From Chromera velia (Eukaryota): a DNA stretch of 54,398 nt. The stretch is from NCBI GenBank assembly GCA_018398765.1, contig JAHBMJ010000149.1, positions 1 through 54,398 on the forward strand, given 5' to 3'. This document shows positions 13,361 to 26,200 of this stretch, one piece after another (position 1 is the stretch's first letter; each line of letters opens with the position of its first letter). The notes under the pieces were generated by a model, which ran no database searches, was not told where the DNA came from, and was given only the letters and a program-made list of their open reading frames with translations. The position numbers and the translations under genes were made by a program.

Positions 13361-13400
13361 ACCTACTAACCACTCACAGCTTAGCACAGTAATAACACTG

Positions 13401-13467
13401 GCGACAAATAGACATAGCGGGAAGGCCTTAGGGTGGAACATATCAATCAATCAATCAATCAATCAAA
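13401..13467 (+). mobile_element. 5'-truncated non-LTR retroelement 3' end with (TCAA)n tail
   Basis: gcgacaaatagacatagcgggaaggccttagggtggaacata(tcaa)n matches the reverse complement of ~19403-19465. It is flanked by aacactg at 13394-13400 and 13468-13474 (candidate TSD). Confidence 0.65.
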
Positions 13468-13831
13468 AACACTGAAGTTGTGACTGAACTTACTAGTAGG
13501 CAGAGGTTATCGTAAAGTCACAGACTCACAGCCAGACCTTCAAACTTTGGATGTCTTTCAAGTTTGTGTATACATACATGCCAGTGTATCTATTACTAGA
13601 TCTATATTATTTTATTATGTATCAGACGTCTATAAGCCATACAGTAGTAGCCCATACTCTAACAGCAGGACATACTCAGCCGCTATAGAAGTCGTATCTG
13701 ACATGCAGCAGATCAGTTCGGGTTCCAGAGTTTGGTGGCGTGGCAATCGTCTCGCTGTCGCTTGCTGGTTTGCTTTCTCGGGACTGGGACTCAGTCATTT
13801 CCTTGACTCTCTCATCTCTACAAAAAGATTT

Positions 13832-15601
13832 CTACTCCGGATCCGCTCTTTGTGCGTGCAGATCAGTGAGATACGCTCGGATCGGGGAGTCTTCCGGAAA
13901 CTCCTGTTCCGCGTAGCGGACGGCGGTGTGTCCGTCTTGGCCTACAGCGTTTACATCAATACCATGAGCAACGAGCATCTGTGCTGCTCTCAGTTTCTTC
14001 TGCTCGTCAAAGTCCAGCGGATTTCCTTCAGCGTTTCTGCATCTCCAGACAGCGTGGTGCAGAGCAGTACCTGATGGGCTCGTTATACTCACATCTGCAC
14101 CCCGATCAAGGGCAAGTTGCAGCACTTTTACACAGCCCCATTCGGCTGCTACGTGAAGAAGGGACCGTCCCCATTCATCCGTTGCATTTATGTCAGCGCC
14201 GCGAGCGAGGAGAATCTCTGCGGTCGCCTTGTTTTCAAACACTCGATCGTCCTCAAAACGGAGAGCGCAAAGCAAGGGTGTGCGCTGATTCTGATTCCTC
14301 GCATCGATTTCTGCGCCCCTATCGAGAGCGAGCTGCAGAACATCCACACAACCAAAAATGGAAGCAAAGTGAAGGAGGGTCTCCCCGTTCTGACCCCGCG
14401 CATTCACATCCGCTCCCCGAGTGAGCAACAGATCTGCAGCGCTGTGGTTGTCGCACACGCGGCCTCTGTCGAGAGCAGCTGTGTTCATCAGCGGCGTCCT
14501 GCCTATGTTATCACGTGCGTCTACTTCCACACCATGATCGAGCGCAATCTGCAGAACCTTCATACAACCGGCTATCGCTGCATGATGAAGAAGGGATTCC
14601 CCCCGCGATTCCTCGCGTGCACGTCCGCTCCGCGAGCGATCAAAAGATCAGCCACTGCATCGCTGTCTCGCGTCATGTGATCTCTAATGCCATGGCACGC
14701 CGTCCATAGAAAGGGTGTTTCCAACGCATCGTTCCTGACATTCACGTCATTGACAAGGCCCCGGTCAAGGATCATCTCCGCAATTTCCCTCTGGTTGCCT
14801 GAAGCGGCTTGGTGCAATACTGTGGTACCTTCAAAAACACTCTTGCCAACGTCGGCCCCCTTCGAAAGGAGAAACTCAAAAATCCCCAGAGGGCCTTTGT
14901 AGGCTGCGTAGCTGAGGGGTGTGTGCCCAGTATCCTGCCCCCTGGAAACAAGGAATTTGACCATCTCTGGGTGGCTCTTGTCACAGGCATAAACAAGGGC
15001 TGTGAAACCCTTGTCCGTACCCTCTTCACCCTCCGTCTCTAGGTTTGCACCCTCTTCCACTAACATCTCCACAGCTGGGAGACTAGCAGAACAGACGCCC
15101 CTCATAAGCACGTTCTTCCCCTCAACTAAGGCGTCTATATCGGCTCCCACCCGCAAGAGCAGAGCGAGGTCGTCCGTCCCCCCCCCTCCTGCGCAGGCAT
15201 CAACAGCCTGACAGAGTGTCTCCGCACCCACGAAGGAGCGAATCACGTTGCCGACTTCCGACGCAAGAAGAGGAGACAAGTCGATTTTGTAATACTGACT
15301 GGACAATCTGATCAAGCTTCGAATGGGCTTCTCTCTTCAAAGTCTGAAGGGTGGTTGTTGCCACCTCACCAAGACCGGTAAGGGCAGCAGCAACCCGCGG
15401 AGGAGGTTTGGGAGATTCGTTTTCAAATACAGACTGGGGGAGAGAAAAATCAGAAGGTGGAGGGATGCCAAGACTGCGGGAGACCGCCTCCGTGAGCACT
15501 CTCCTCTTCTCTCGAAAAGAGGCGACCACCCCAGTGACGTCCTTCTCAAACTTCTCCATGTCCCGCAGGACACATAAAAAACACTCTGGCAAAGCCTCCA
15601 T
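13832..15601 (-). pseudogene. Intronless ankyrin-repeat protein, broken by two frameshifts
   Basis: Three consecutive frames: MEALPECFL...KLDQIV / SQYYKIDLSPLL...LLLRVGADID...GHTPL...GADVHARNR / GESLLHHAA...GRTPL...GETLLHFA...GHTAVRYA. Frameshifts fall near 15300 and in a C-run near 14600. One repeat also has an apparent deletion (FLVSRG-QDTGHTPL). The frameshifts could be assembly errors. Confidence 0.8.
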
Positions 15602-16520
<919 letters not shown>

Positions 16521-17260
16521 CTGACCTATCTATCTATTCCGTGTTACTCAAGGAGCCTCTTTAGATGCCTTCATGAGTTTTTTGCCGTGTATTCAATGCA
16601 ACGAGATGATGAGATTGAGATGAGGAGACGGATGAGAAGGTGAGGAACTGCCTCCCTTCGGGCTGCTTTCCGACGAGACGGAGAAGGAGACGGAGACGGC
16701 TTAATTGTACAGACTGAATGTATGGGGATCTGTGAACATATGAACATCTGTGTATCGTGTGTGCACAACATACATACACATCGAATCAGCTCTATGTCAT
16801 GAACATTCTGTGTGTGAGCGTATCCGCTTTTTCATGTGTTGTGTGCGCAGTTTCATTGGTTCATGCTGTTTCCTCTTCTCCTGGTTTTCTGACGATGGAT
16901 TGTCTGTTGTGTTCGAAGATGAGGGGTCGGACGTGAGTGGGTGAACGGAACAGAGGGCAGATAAGAAGGCAGCCAGATCAAAGAGAATGAGAGGAGACGG
17001 ACATTAGACAGGCAGACAAGAAGAGATGGGCAGGAAGCAGAAAGGCAGCTCAAAGGAGAAGGACGGCAGAGAAACAGGCGGACAAGATGAGATGGAGAGG
17101 AAGCAAAGAAGAAAGACAATATCCCGTCTCCGCCAAACAGATCCCCCCCACTTTGGTCGCTTCCATGGATAGAATCAACAAAGCAAAGACCAATACTCAT
17201 CTTCTGTCTCCAGAGAACAGGACAGAGAGAATGCAGTGGAGGATGGACGGTAGAGGGACA

Positions 17261-18550
17261 GGCAGACAAGAAGAGATGGAGAGGAAGCAGAGAGGGAAAT
17301 GAATGGAAGGTGGAGAGACAGGCAGACAAGAAGAGGTGGAGAGGAAGCAGAGAGGGAAATGAATGGAAGGTAGAGAAACAGGCAGACAAGAAGAGATGGA
17401 GAAGAAGCAGAGAAGGAAATGAATGGATGGTGGAGAGACAGGCAAACAAGAAGAGATGGAGAAGAAGCAGAGAGGGAGATGAATGGAAGATAGAGAAACA
17501 GGCAGACAAGAAGAGATGGAGAAGAAGCAGAGAAGGAAATGAATGGATGGTGGAGAGACAGGCAGACAAGAAGAGATGGAGAGGGAGCAGAGAGCGAAAT
17601 GAATGGAAGATAGAGAAACAGGCAGACAAGAAGAGGTGGAGAGGGAGCAGAGAGGGAAATGAATGGAAGGTAGAGAAACAGGCAGACAAGAAGAGATGGA
17701 GAGGAAGCAGAGAGGGAGATGAATGGAAGGTAGAGAGACAGGCAGACAAGAAGAGATGGAGAGGAAGCAGAGAGGGAGATGAATGGAAGGTGGAGAGACA
17801 GGCAGACAAGAAGAGATGGAGAGGAAGCAGAGAGGGAGATGAATGGAAGGTAGAGAAACAGGCAGACAAGAAGAGATGGAGAGGGAGCAGAGAGGGAAAT
17901 GGATGGAAGGTAGAGAAACAGGCAGACAAGAAGAGATGGAGAAGAAGCAGAGAAGGAAATGAATGGAAGGTGGAGAGACAGGCAGACAAGAAGAGATGGA
18001 GAGGGAGCAGAGAGCGAAATGAATGGAAGGTGGAGAGATAGGTAGACAAGAAGAGATGGAGAAGAAGCAGAGAGGGAGATGAATGGAAGGTAGAGAGACA
18101 GGCAGACAAGAAGAGGTGGAGAGGAAGCAGAGAGGGAAATGAATGGAAGGTGGAGAGACAGGCAGACAAGAAGAGATAGAGAGGGAGCAGAGAGGGAGAT
18201 GAATGGAAGGTAGAGAAACCGGCAGACAAGAAGAGATGGAGAGGGAGCAGAGAAGGAAATGAATGGAAGGCGGAGAAACAGGCAGACAAGAAGAGATGGA
18301 GAGGAAGCAGAGAGCGAAATGAATGGAAGGTAGAGAGACAGGCAGACAAGAAGAGATGGAGAGGAAGCAGAGAGGGAAATGAATGGAAGGTAGAGAAACA
18401 GGCAGACAAGAAGAGATGGAGAGGGAGCAGAGAAGGAAATGAATGGAAGGCGGAGAAACAGGCAGACAAGAAGAGATGGAGAGGAAGCAGAGAGCGAAAT
18501 GAATGGAAGGTGGAGAGATAGGTAGACAAGAAGAGATGGAGAGGAAGCAG
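17261..18550. repeat. 60-bp minisatellite, ~21.5 copies, purine-rich on plus strand
   Basis: Unit ggcagacaagaagagatggagaggaagcagagagggaaatgaatggaaggtrgagaraca repeats in exact 60-bp register; degenerate copies lie on both flanks. Confidence 0.97.
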
Positions 18551-19202
18551 AAAGTATATGGGTAGATGAGAAGAGATGGAGAGGAAACAGACAGGCAGAT
18601 CAAAGGAGAAAGACGACAGAGAGACAGGGAGACAAGAAGAGGCAAATGAGAAGGCATGGGAAGCAGAGAGAGGGATGAATGGACGGTGGAGAGGCAGGCA
18701 GACAAGAAGAAAGCAGGTGGGCAGGTGAGAAGAGATGGATAGGAAATAGACGGTGAGGTGAAAAGAGAGTGAAGAAACAGGCAGACAAGCTAGCAGACAA
18801 GAAGGGATGAAGAGGAAGTAGACAGGAAGACTCGGACGAGATTCACGAGAAGGGCTACGAGAAGGGATGGCAAGGAAGCAGACACTAGAGCAGACAAACA
18901 GGTGAAAAGAGATGGAGCAGAAACCATGCAGAGAGGAAAAAGGCAGGCAGATCAATCTAAAAATACGCAGTTTTAGATTTACGTTGAACTAAATTTGACT
19001 ATGAGAAGTTTAAATGCATGAAATAATATATATGTTCTCAAGTCAGTGATTTTACATATCTCAAACATTGAAGTTATTTTCGAATGATTATAAACCTGCA
19101 GACTTAGACAGCCCGATACAGTCGAATCTAAGTCAATTTAATTTGGAATTTAATAAGAAAATTAACATAAGATCGGATTATTGTATTACTTTATGTTTTA
19201 GA

Positions 19203-19204
<2 letters not shown>

Positions 19205-19240
<36 letters not shown>

Positions 19241-19247
19241 ATGTTCC
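19205..19247 (-). mobile_element. Extreme 3' stub of the (TCAA)n-tailed retroelement
   Basis: (tgat)n-atgttcc is the reverse complement of ggaacata(tcaa)n and is flanked by agaat on both sides (19200-19204, 19248-19252). Confidence 0.5.
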
Positions 19248-19402
19248 AGAATAAGACTTTATGTTTTGGACGTTTGAATAGTTCACTCAGCTTCACTCGC
19301 GGACCCCTACAGTCACTGTGCAGTGATCGCTATCTGGTTCTAGATCTGTTATATATATGAGGGATAAGTGATAAGTGATTGATGATTGAGGTTTTTATTT
19401 TT

Positions 19403-20510
19403 TGATTGATTGATTGATTGATATATTCCGCCCTAGGGCCTTCCTGCTATGTCTATCTGTCGCCAGAGCTAGCAGGGCGGGGCGTTCCCCAGCCTAAGCT
19501 AAGGTATCAAACCCCACCCTCGGGGCCCGCCAAAGTTTGTTGCCCTGGCCGCTGCTGCATGATTGTTCATTGTTTGAGCCACGGCTCTGGACCCGTGTTG
19601 GCTTTCTAGCCTGAAAATCGATCTGAAACGGCATGTGATTTGGGCTTCCTCACTCTTCTTGTTTGCTTTATCAATCTTCTTCTGCGGCTCCCTCCTTTCC
19701 CACCCTAACGCTCCTTCGGTCGTCTCTAAGTTATCAATCGTCTCCTCATATTCTTTTGTTAGTCTCTCGATTGCCCGCTGCCTTCCGGTGATTCCTGCAT
19801 GTCTGGCCGCCAGAGCGTCTCCCTCTATATGTCCGTACCGTCCTGGACACTCCTCAAACACCCTCTGTCTGAATGACGCCCATCCCAAAAACTCATCTAC
19901 TCTGGCATGACATTCATTCAACAGAAAGCAGAAAAGCATCGAGTTGTCTCTTTTTCCCTCTTCTCTGTTGAGCCCTTCTCTTTTTGTGGCTGCCTTTCTG
20001 GCTCTTTCTTCCATCTTGCTGTCCCCTCAAAATCGATCTGAAACGGCATGCGATTTGGGCTTCCTCGCTCTTCTTGTTTGCTTTATCAATCTTCTTCTGC
20101 GGCTCCCTCCTTCCCCACCCTAATGCTCCTTCGGTCGTCTCTAAGTTATCAATTGTCTCCTCATATTGTTTTGTTAGTCTCTCGATCGCCCGCTGCCTTC
20201 CGATAATTCCTGAATGTCTGGCTGCCAGAGCGTCTCCCTCTATGTGTCCATACCATCCTGGACACTCCTCAAACACCCTCCATCTGAATGACGCCCATCC
20301 CAAAAACTTATCTACTCTGGCATGATGACATTCATTCAACAGAAAGCAGAAAAGCGTCGAGTTGTCTCTTTTCCCCTCTTCTCTGTCCCACTCCTCAAAC
20401 ACCCTCCGTCTGAATGACACCCATCCCAAAAACTCATCCACTCCGGTTGATTTAGTGGTGCCCTTGAGCACTATCGCCGTTTTATCTTGTATAGGTCGCC
20501 CCCACAAACG
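19403..20510 (-). mobile_element. Non-LTR retroelement-like 3' fragment with an internally duplicated coding segment and (TCAA)n tail
   Basis: Shares its 3' end with 13401-13467. A ~355-bp block is duplicated (19614-19968 and 20029-20386, partial third copy 20389-20443) and encodes ...LLNECHARVDEFLGWASFRQRVFEECPG... No RT motif is visible. Confidence 0.55.
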
Positions 20511-21239
20511 GAAGGGGGGTGTGCCCCATCGCTAAGGCTCAAACCACACCCCGTGGCCCGGCTGGAATCTCTTCTAGGCCGTTTTCGATCAACTTCTTTG
20601 CTGCACTGGCACATGTATATACGCAGCTAGGCTAAGCCTTTGCATGTGACATGCTTTACATATTACACTTCTTTTTTAACCAGAAATTTTAAAGGCACGA
20701 TCGTCGATTCATTATCACTTGCATGATAAAATCAAGATCAAAAACCCCTTCATAGTTGCTTTTTTGTTAACTTGGGATGACAAAGAAAAAAGATGAACAT
20801 CAGGACAATAACAGAAACGAGATTAAAATATTTAGTTTCTTTTGTCTGTCTGTCTTCCATCTATCTAAGGGGGTCGATTTTTTTTTGTTCCTTTCTCTTA
20901 AAGGAGTGATGGACTTTGATACTCCTCTCTCTTCTGGTTTGGTCGGACTCCCTGCATTTTCGATTCCACACTCAGTGTTTGGCGACTCAATGACAAACAA
21001 ACATCTGCTAAAAGAAAGAGATCACAAACCATCCATACAAGTTCTTAGCCCTTCATACTGAGCTTCCAATCGGTTTACCTTTCTAAGAAAACTTTTCCCC
21101 TTTTCGTATTTAGGCCAAGTAACACAACTCTTCTCTTCTTATTGGACCTCTTCTTTTTCCCTTTTTCCACTTAAGATGGGGCCCCCCTTATGCAGAAACA
21201 GAGAGAAAAGAACAACAACCCTGCTAGCAACAACTCTTG

Positions 21240-21249
21240 CTCTCATCTT

Positions 21250-21296
<47 letters not shown>

Positions 21297-21399
21297 CTTT
21301 CCTTCTTTCTTAATTATATTTCTTTCTTCCTCAGAAGTTCCTCTTTCTTTCTTTCTTTATCTTTCTTTCTTTATCTTTCTTTCTTTATCTTTCTTTCTT

Positions 21400-21433
<34 letters not shown>

Positions 21434-21495
21434 TTTCTCTTTCTTTCTTTCTTTTTTTCTTTTTTTCTTTCTTTTTTTCTTTCTTTCTTTCTTTT

Positions 21496-21550
<55 letters not shown>

Positions 21551-21555
21551 CCCTG

Positions 21556-21588
<33 letters not shown>

Positions 21589-21637
21589 TTTTTTCTTTCT
21601 CTGTCTCTCTCTGTCTCTCTCTCTCTGCCTTTCTCTG

Positions 21638-21689
<52 letters not shown>

Positions 21690-21690
21690 C

Positions 21691-21724
<34 letters not shown>

Positions 21725-21827
21725 TTTTCTTTCTTAATTAATTATATTTCTTTCTTCCTCAGAAGTTCCTCTTTCTTTCTTTATCTTTCTTTCTTTATCT
21801 TTCTTTCTTTATCTTTCTTTCTTTCTT

Positions 21828-21861
<34 letters not shown>

Positions 21862-21901
21862 TTTCTCTTTCTTTCTTTTTCTCCTTCTTTCTTTCTTTCT
21901 T

Positions 21902-21966
<65 letters not shown>

Positions 21967-22013
21967 CTGTCTCTCTATGATACTCTATCTCTTTGTCTCT
22001 CTCTCTCTCTCTG

Positions 22014-22045
<32 letters not shown>

Positions 22046-22074
22046 TGTCTCTCTCTGTCTCTGTCTGCCCCCCC

Positions 22075-22169
<95 letters not shown>

Positions 22170-22200
22170 GATCTTTTTCTCTTTCTTTTTCAAGTTCAAC
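21240..22200. repeat. Compound (CT)n/(CTTT)n microsatellite
   Basis: Near-pure pyrimidine tract; a ~40-bp block (aattatatttctttcttcctcagaagttcc) occurs at ~21312 and ~21740. Confidence 0.95.
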
Positions 22201-22699
22201 TTCATCATAGCTGATCACTAGGTTTAGTAGACCGGCCTGAAGTGCTTTCTACGAATCCCTTGTGCAGAGATGTCTCGGCCCTAGTCACAGCCATCAATCA
22301 ACTTGAATCAAGATTAATTTACTAAGATCATGACTGGCAAGCTATAGTTGGCAAGATTTATATTTAACTTACTATAGTCATCACACTCTGTTGTTTCATG
22401 TCCTGTCCTATCCTATGTACATATAATTAATTCTAGCTAGGATGCTAGATTCTAGAATTGATTGCATGATTAATTGAGTGTACGATTTTAATACTTATTA
22501 CCTAGACCGTAGGCTAGACAATCATAACCTTGGCGTCATATAACAATCATAACCTTGGCGTATATGTCACTTTTAATAACTAGTAGCTATACGTACTACT
22601 AAGTTAGTATGTTAGTTGGACGATCGATGCTTTACATTTATGATCGAAATGCTAGAAAAAATGGTGGTGGTGGACGGGAGGATCGGAGGAACTACTGGA

Positions 22700-22962
22700 G
22701 AAGAAAGAAAGAAAGAAAGAAAAGAAAGAAAGAAAGAAAGAAAGAAAAGAAAAAAAAGAAAGAAAGAAAAAAAAGAAAGAAAAGAAAGAAAGAAAGGAGG
22801 CAAGGAAGAAAGAAAGGAAGGAAGGAAGAGACAGAAAACGAAAGGAAGAGAGGAAAGAGAGAGGAAGGAAGAAACGAAGGGAGGATGGAAGGAAGAAGGA
22901 AAGAAGGAGAGAGAGGGGGGAGGAAGGAGGGAGGGAGGGAGAGAGAGAGAGAGGGAGAGGGA

Positions 22963-23022
<60 letters not shown>

Positions 23023-23086
23023 AAGAAAGAAAAGAAAGAAAGAAAGAAAGAAAGAAAAGAAANAAAGAAAAGAAAAAAAGAAAAAA

Positions 23087-23118
<32 letters not shown>

Positions 23119-23154
23119 GAAGAAAAGAAAGAAAAGAACGAAAAGAACGAACGA

Positions 23155-23186
<32 letters not shown>

Positions 23187-23306
23187 ACAGACAGACAGAC
23201 AGACAGACAGACAGACTATATGTTTCTTCTTCTTCTCCCTCTTTTTCTTCATGAACACCACAGACAGACACACAGACAGACAGAAAGAGAAGAAAGAGAA
23301 GAAAGA

Positions 23307-23347
<41 letters not shown>

Positions 23348-23440
23348 GAGAAAGAAAGAAAGAAAGAAAGAAAGAAAAGAAAGAAAGAAAGAAAGAAAGA
23401 AAAGAAAAAAAGAAAAAAAAGAAAAGAAAAAAAGAAAAAA

Positions 23441-23480
<40 letters not shown>

Positions 23481-23542
23481 AAAGAAAGGAACAAAGAAAG
23501 GAACAAAGAAAGGAACACACACACACACACACACACACACAC
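22700..23542. repeat. Compound (AAAG)n/(AG)n/(ACAG)n/(AC)n microsatellite
   Basis: Near-pure purine tract ending in (AC)n. Confidence 0.95.
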
Positions 23543-24331
23543 AGCAGAAAAGAAAAACAGCGAGGCCAGACAGGACCTGTGAGGGGACGAGACTCAGAGG
23601 AGCGAGAAAAAAAGTTGAGTGCGATCCTTCTCAAAAGGATTCTCACGTACATTCTCACGTACATCCAGACGTGCCGAAGAATGCAGAGAGAGTGCATGGT
23701 TGATCGGAAGAATGAATTAACACAGAAGGGTGCAGGCTGCAAGACGTCCAGTGCAAAAGGAAAGGAGACGCAGTGCAGATGTCAACCGTCGAAAAGAGGG
23801 GTGTGAGGTATTAGTATCGGTAGTTGCTATGACAGCCTGCCAGAGGATTGATTCAAGCAGGTAAAGGTATCAATACAGTCGGTCTCGTCGTGTCCTGGAC
23901 TGTTCTGTTGCACCCATGGGGAAAGAGCAAGTCAATACAAACAACGAGGAGGGACTTGGTGTGTCATGTGCTTCCTTAGTTGCTTTATCAATGGACGGGT
24001 CTCTTTGTTTCGCTTCAACTGAAACGTCTCACACCCTCCTTCTCATCTCTCCACAAAGAGAAGACGCCTGCCTTCTCTCCACCACCCGCTGCAAACTTTG
24101 CCGTTTCTCTGTACTCCAAACAAAAGACAAGAACCAGCAAAGAGGACATCCACCCCCCCAATCACGAATCCAGACCCTTCACACACCGCAGCCAGGAGAC
24201 CAAAGTGACCCCATGACGCACCAGATAGATACACACCACAGAGACAGCTCGGCAGGCTCCGTGGCAGCTTCACCGAATTTTTTGGAGAGGCCTCCCCTCT
24301 CCTCCCCTCTGAGTCTGACGGAGGGATCGAT

Positions 24332-24722
24332 TTACTTGTGCCGTTCCATCAGCTCCTGCGTCTCTCTCTCCACCCGTCTGCTCACTTCGGCCGCTTTCTG
24401 GGCCTGCAATCAGGTCACAAAACGGGGCGGACTCATCACAAAGTAATGACGTGAGAGGTGCGTTCTGTCTTTAAGCGTCAAAGCAGAAAAGAGCGGGAGG
24501 GGTTGCCGACCTGTTTTGCAGCCTCTTCAGCAGACCGCGCGGCCTTGTCCACCTCGACCATGCACTGCTGGAGTCGGTCCTGCAGACGGACAAAGACAGA
24601 GGGAGAGCTAGAATGACGTGGAGCGAAAAACACGATGGAGTTCAGACTGACGCAACCGAAGAAGACAGCAGACGAACCTCGTGAGCTTTGATCACATCAG
24701 GGGTGACTTTTTGGTTCTCCAT
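24332..24722 (-). CDS. 61-aa helical/coiled-coil microprotein, 3 coding exons, unknown function
   Basis: Exons 24722-24678, 24579-24511 and 24403-24332 are all phase 0 with GT..TGCAG introns. They encode MENQKVTPDVIKAHE-DRLQQCMVEVDKAARSAEEAAKQ-AQKAAEVSRRVERETQELMERHK*. A 5'UTR intron is probable at 25003-24770. Confidence 0.72.
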
Positions 24723-25003
24723 CTTTCAAGAGAACTTTTGTCGTGGACTTGGCAACGTAGGCAGAGGAACTGTAAGGATGACACAGTGAGGCCAGCTCTA
24801 AGAGACTACGGTTCAGCAAACTGCAAGTTCAGTCTGTTGTTGCCGCAGGGAACGACGAATCAAAAAAGCAAAGAAAGAAGTCCTCGATGCGAGAAAGAAG
24901 CAATCCCAGCTACAGCGTTGAAGCAACTGTCTAGTCAGGTTGCTCTCCCAGAAAAGATGAGCTTGGTGGATCAAGTGACGAAATCTCCTGCGGAGTCACG
25001 TAC

Positions 25004-25632
25004 TGAACGAATCACGGCCGGGCGCGGTCTCTCACAGTTTGTTTTTGTGCCAGACCGCGCGCGCGTTGTGTTGTTCACTTTGTGTGCAACACTGTATTGC
25101 AAAAAAGCAATTGAATTTTCTCACGCATAATAATTAATTCATATATACGTATACATGCATGTACGTATACGCATATACTATTACGTGCATGCATGAAACA
25201 CATGGTGCATACCACACTTGTATTGATGATGTACACAATGATCGCAGGATAGAACGTTGAGTCCTTGTGCATGAAAAGTATTGTGCTTGAGTTCTCGGTG
25301 ACAGAAGACTTCACCGCCCCCTCATTTTACATGTAGTTCTCAATCGATCGAATTTGAATCGCTTGGTCCCATGCATTAGAAGGTCTTTGAATCTTCCACA
25401 AAGAGAGACTGCATGCAACACCCGTTCACTAGTAAAAAGAAGTTTTGAATCCTTGATGTGCTTACTTCGACTACCATTTCAATTTTGCCGAGGCAGTCTT
25501 GACCTACCGTAGAATCGACACTTTGCTGGCCTCACCGTCAACCCGAAACTCATCTCGCAGGTCATCAGAAAAAAAAACTCACCACTTTACAGCAGTGAAA
25601 GATTATCTTCAGTCTGACCGTGAACTACCACA
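25004..25632. promoter_or_regulatory. Divergent promoter region with TGCATGCA motifs
   Basis: Lies between the microprotein (-) and the receptor (+); tgcatgca occurs at ~25186 and ~25410. Confidence 0.45.
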
Positions 25633-26168
25633 ATGAAATCTTCAGTTCCGATGGATCTGCTTTTCCGTCTGTCTATGGTCTTTCTCTCCCTTTCTTTCCT
25701 TGGAGGACTGATGAGGACAGATGCTTACCTGCTGCCCCTACACGACACATTCTATTTCTCCCGAACAGTCACCACACCTGGATCGTACCCCGACTTCAAG
25801 ATTGGGTTCGTCTGCCCCCTTACCGGGTCACGATCCACGATCGGACAGAAGATGTACAGAGGGCTGCTGCTCTGGGTGGACTATGTGAACAACAGCGAAC
25901 AGAAACTGGTGGTCAACGAAAACAACTACTACACAGTCTCTCCCATCTACTCAGACAGCACATCGGACACCACGACTGCGCAAACTGTGACAAACACCAT
26001 GATAGGCACCAATAAGGTGAACGTGGTTGTTTCCTGTGCGGCTGAAGAAGTGACTAACGTTGCAACTGAAGCCTCTGGGTCAAGTATTGTGGTCAGTTAG
26101 AAAACGAACTCTGCGAAGAGTTGGGTCCTGTCGATATACGTGTTCACTCAATAGACTCGTGCGCGTAT

Positions 26169-26200
<32 letters not shown>

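Noticed and set aside
13547..14680. Plus-strand ORFs overlapping the ankyrin locus
   Set aside because: Antisense to a clear ankyrin-repeat frame, with no recognisable motifs.
16853..18955. 700-aa, 502-aa and 243-aa ORFs
   Set aside because: They are translations of the 60-bp minisatellite; stop codons are absent because of strand-biased composition.
22519..22565. Short direct repeat acaatcataaccttggcgt x2
   Set aside because: Only two copies with no associated structure; consistent with a local slippage duplication.
21190..23742. Long S/L/F- and K/E/R-rich ORFs
   Set aside because: Products of (CT)n, (CTTT)n and (AAAG)n microsatellites.
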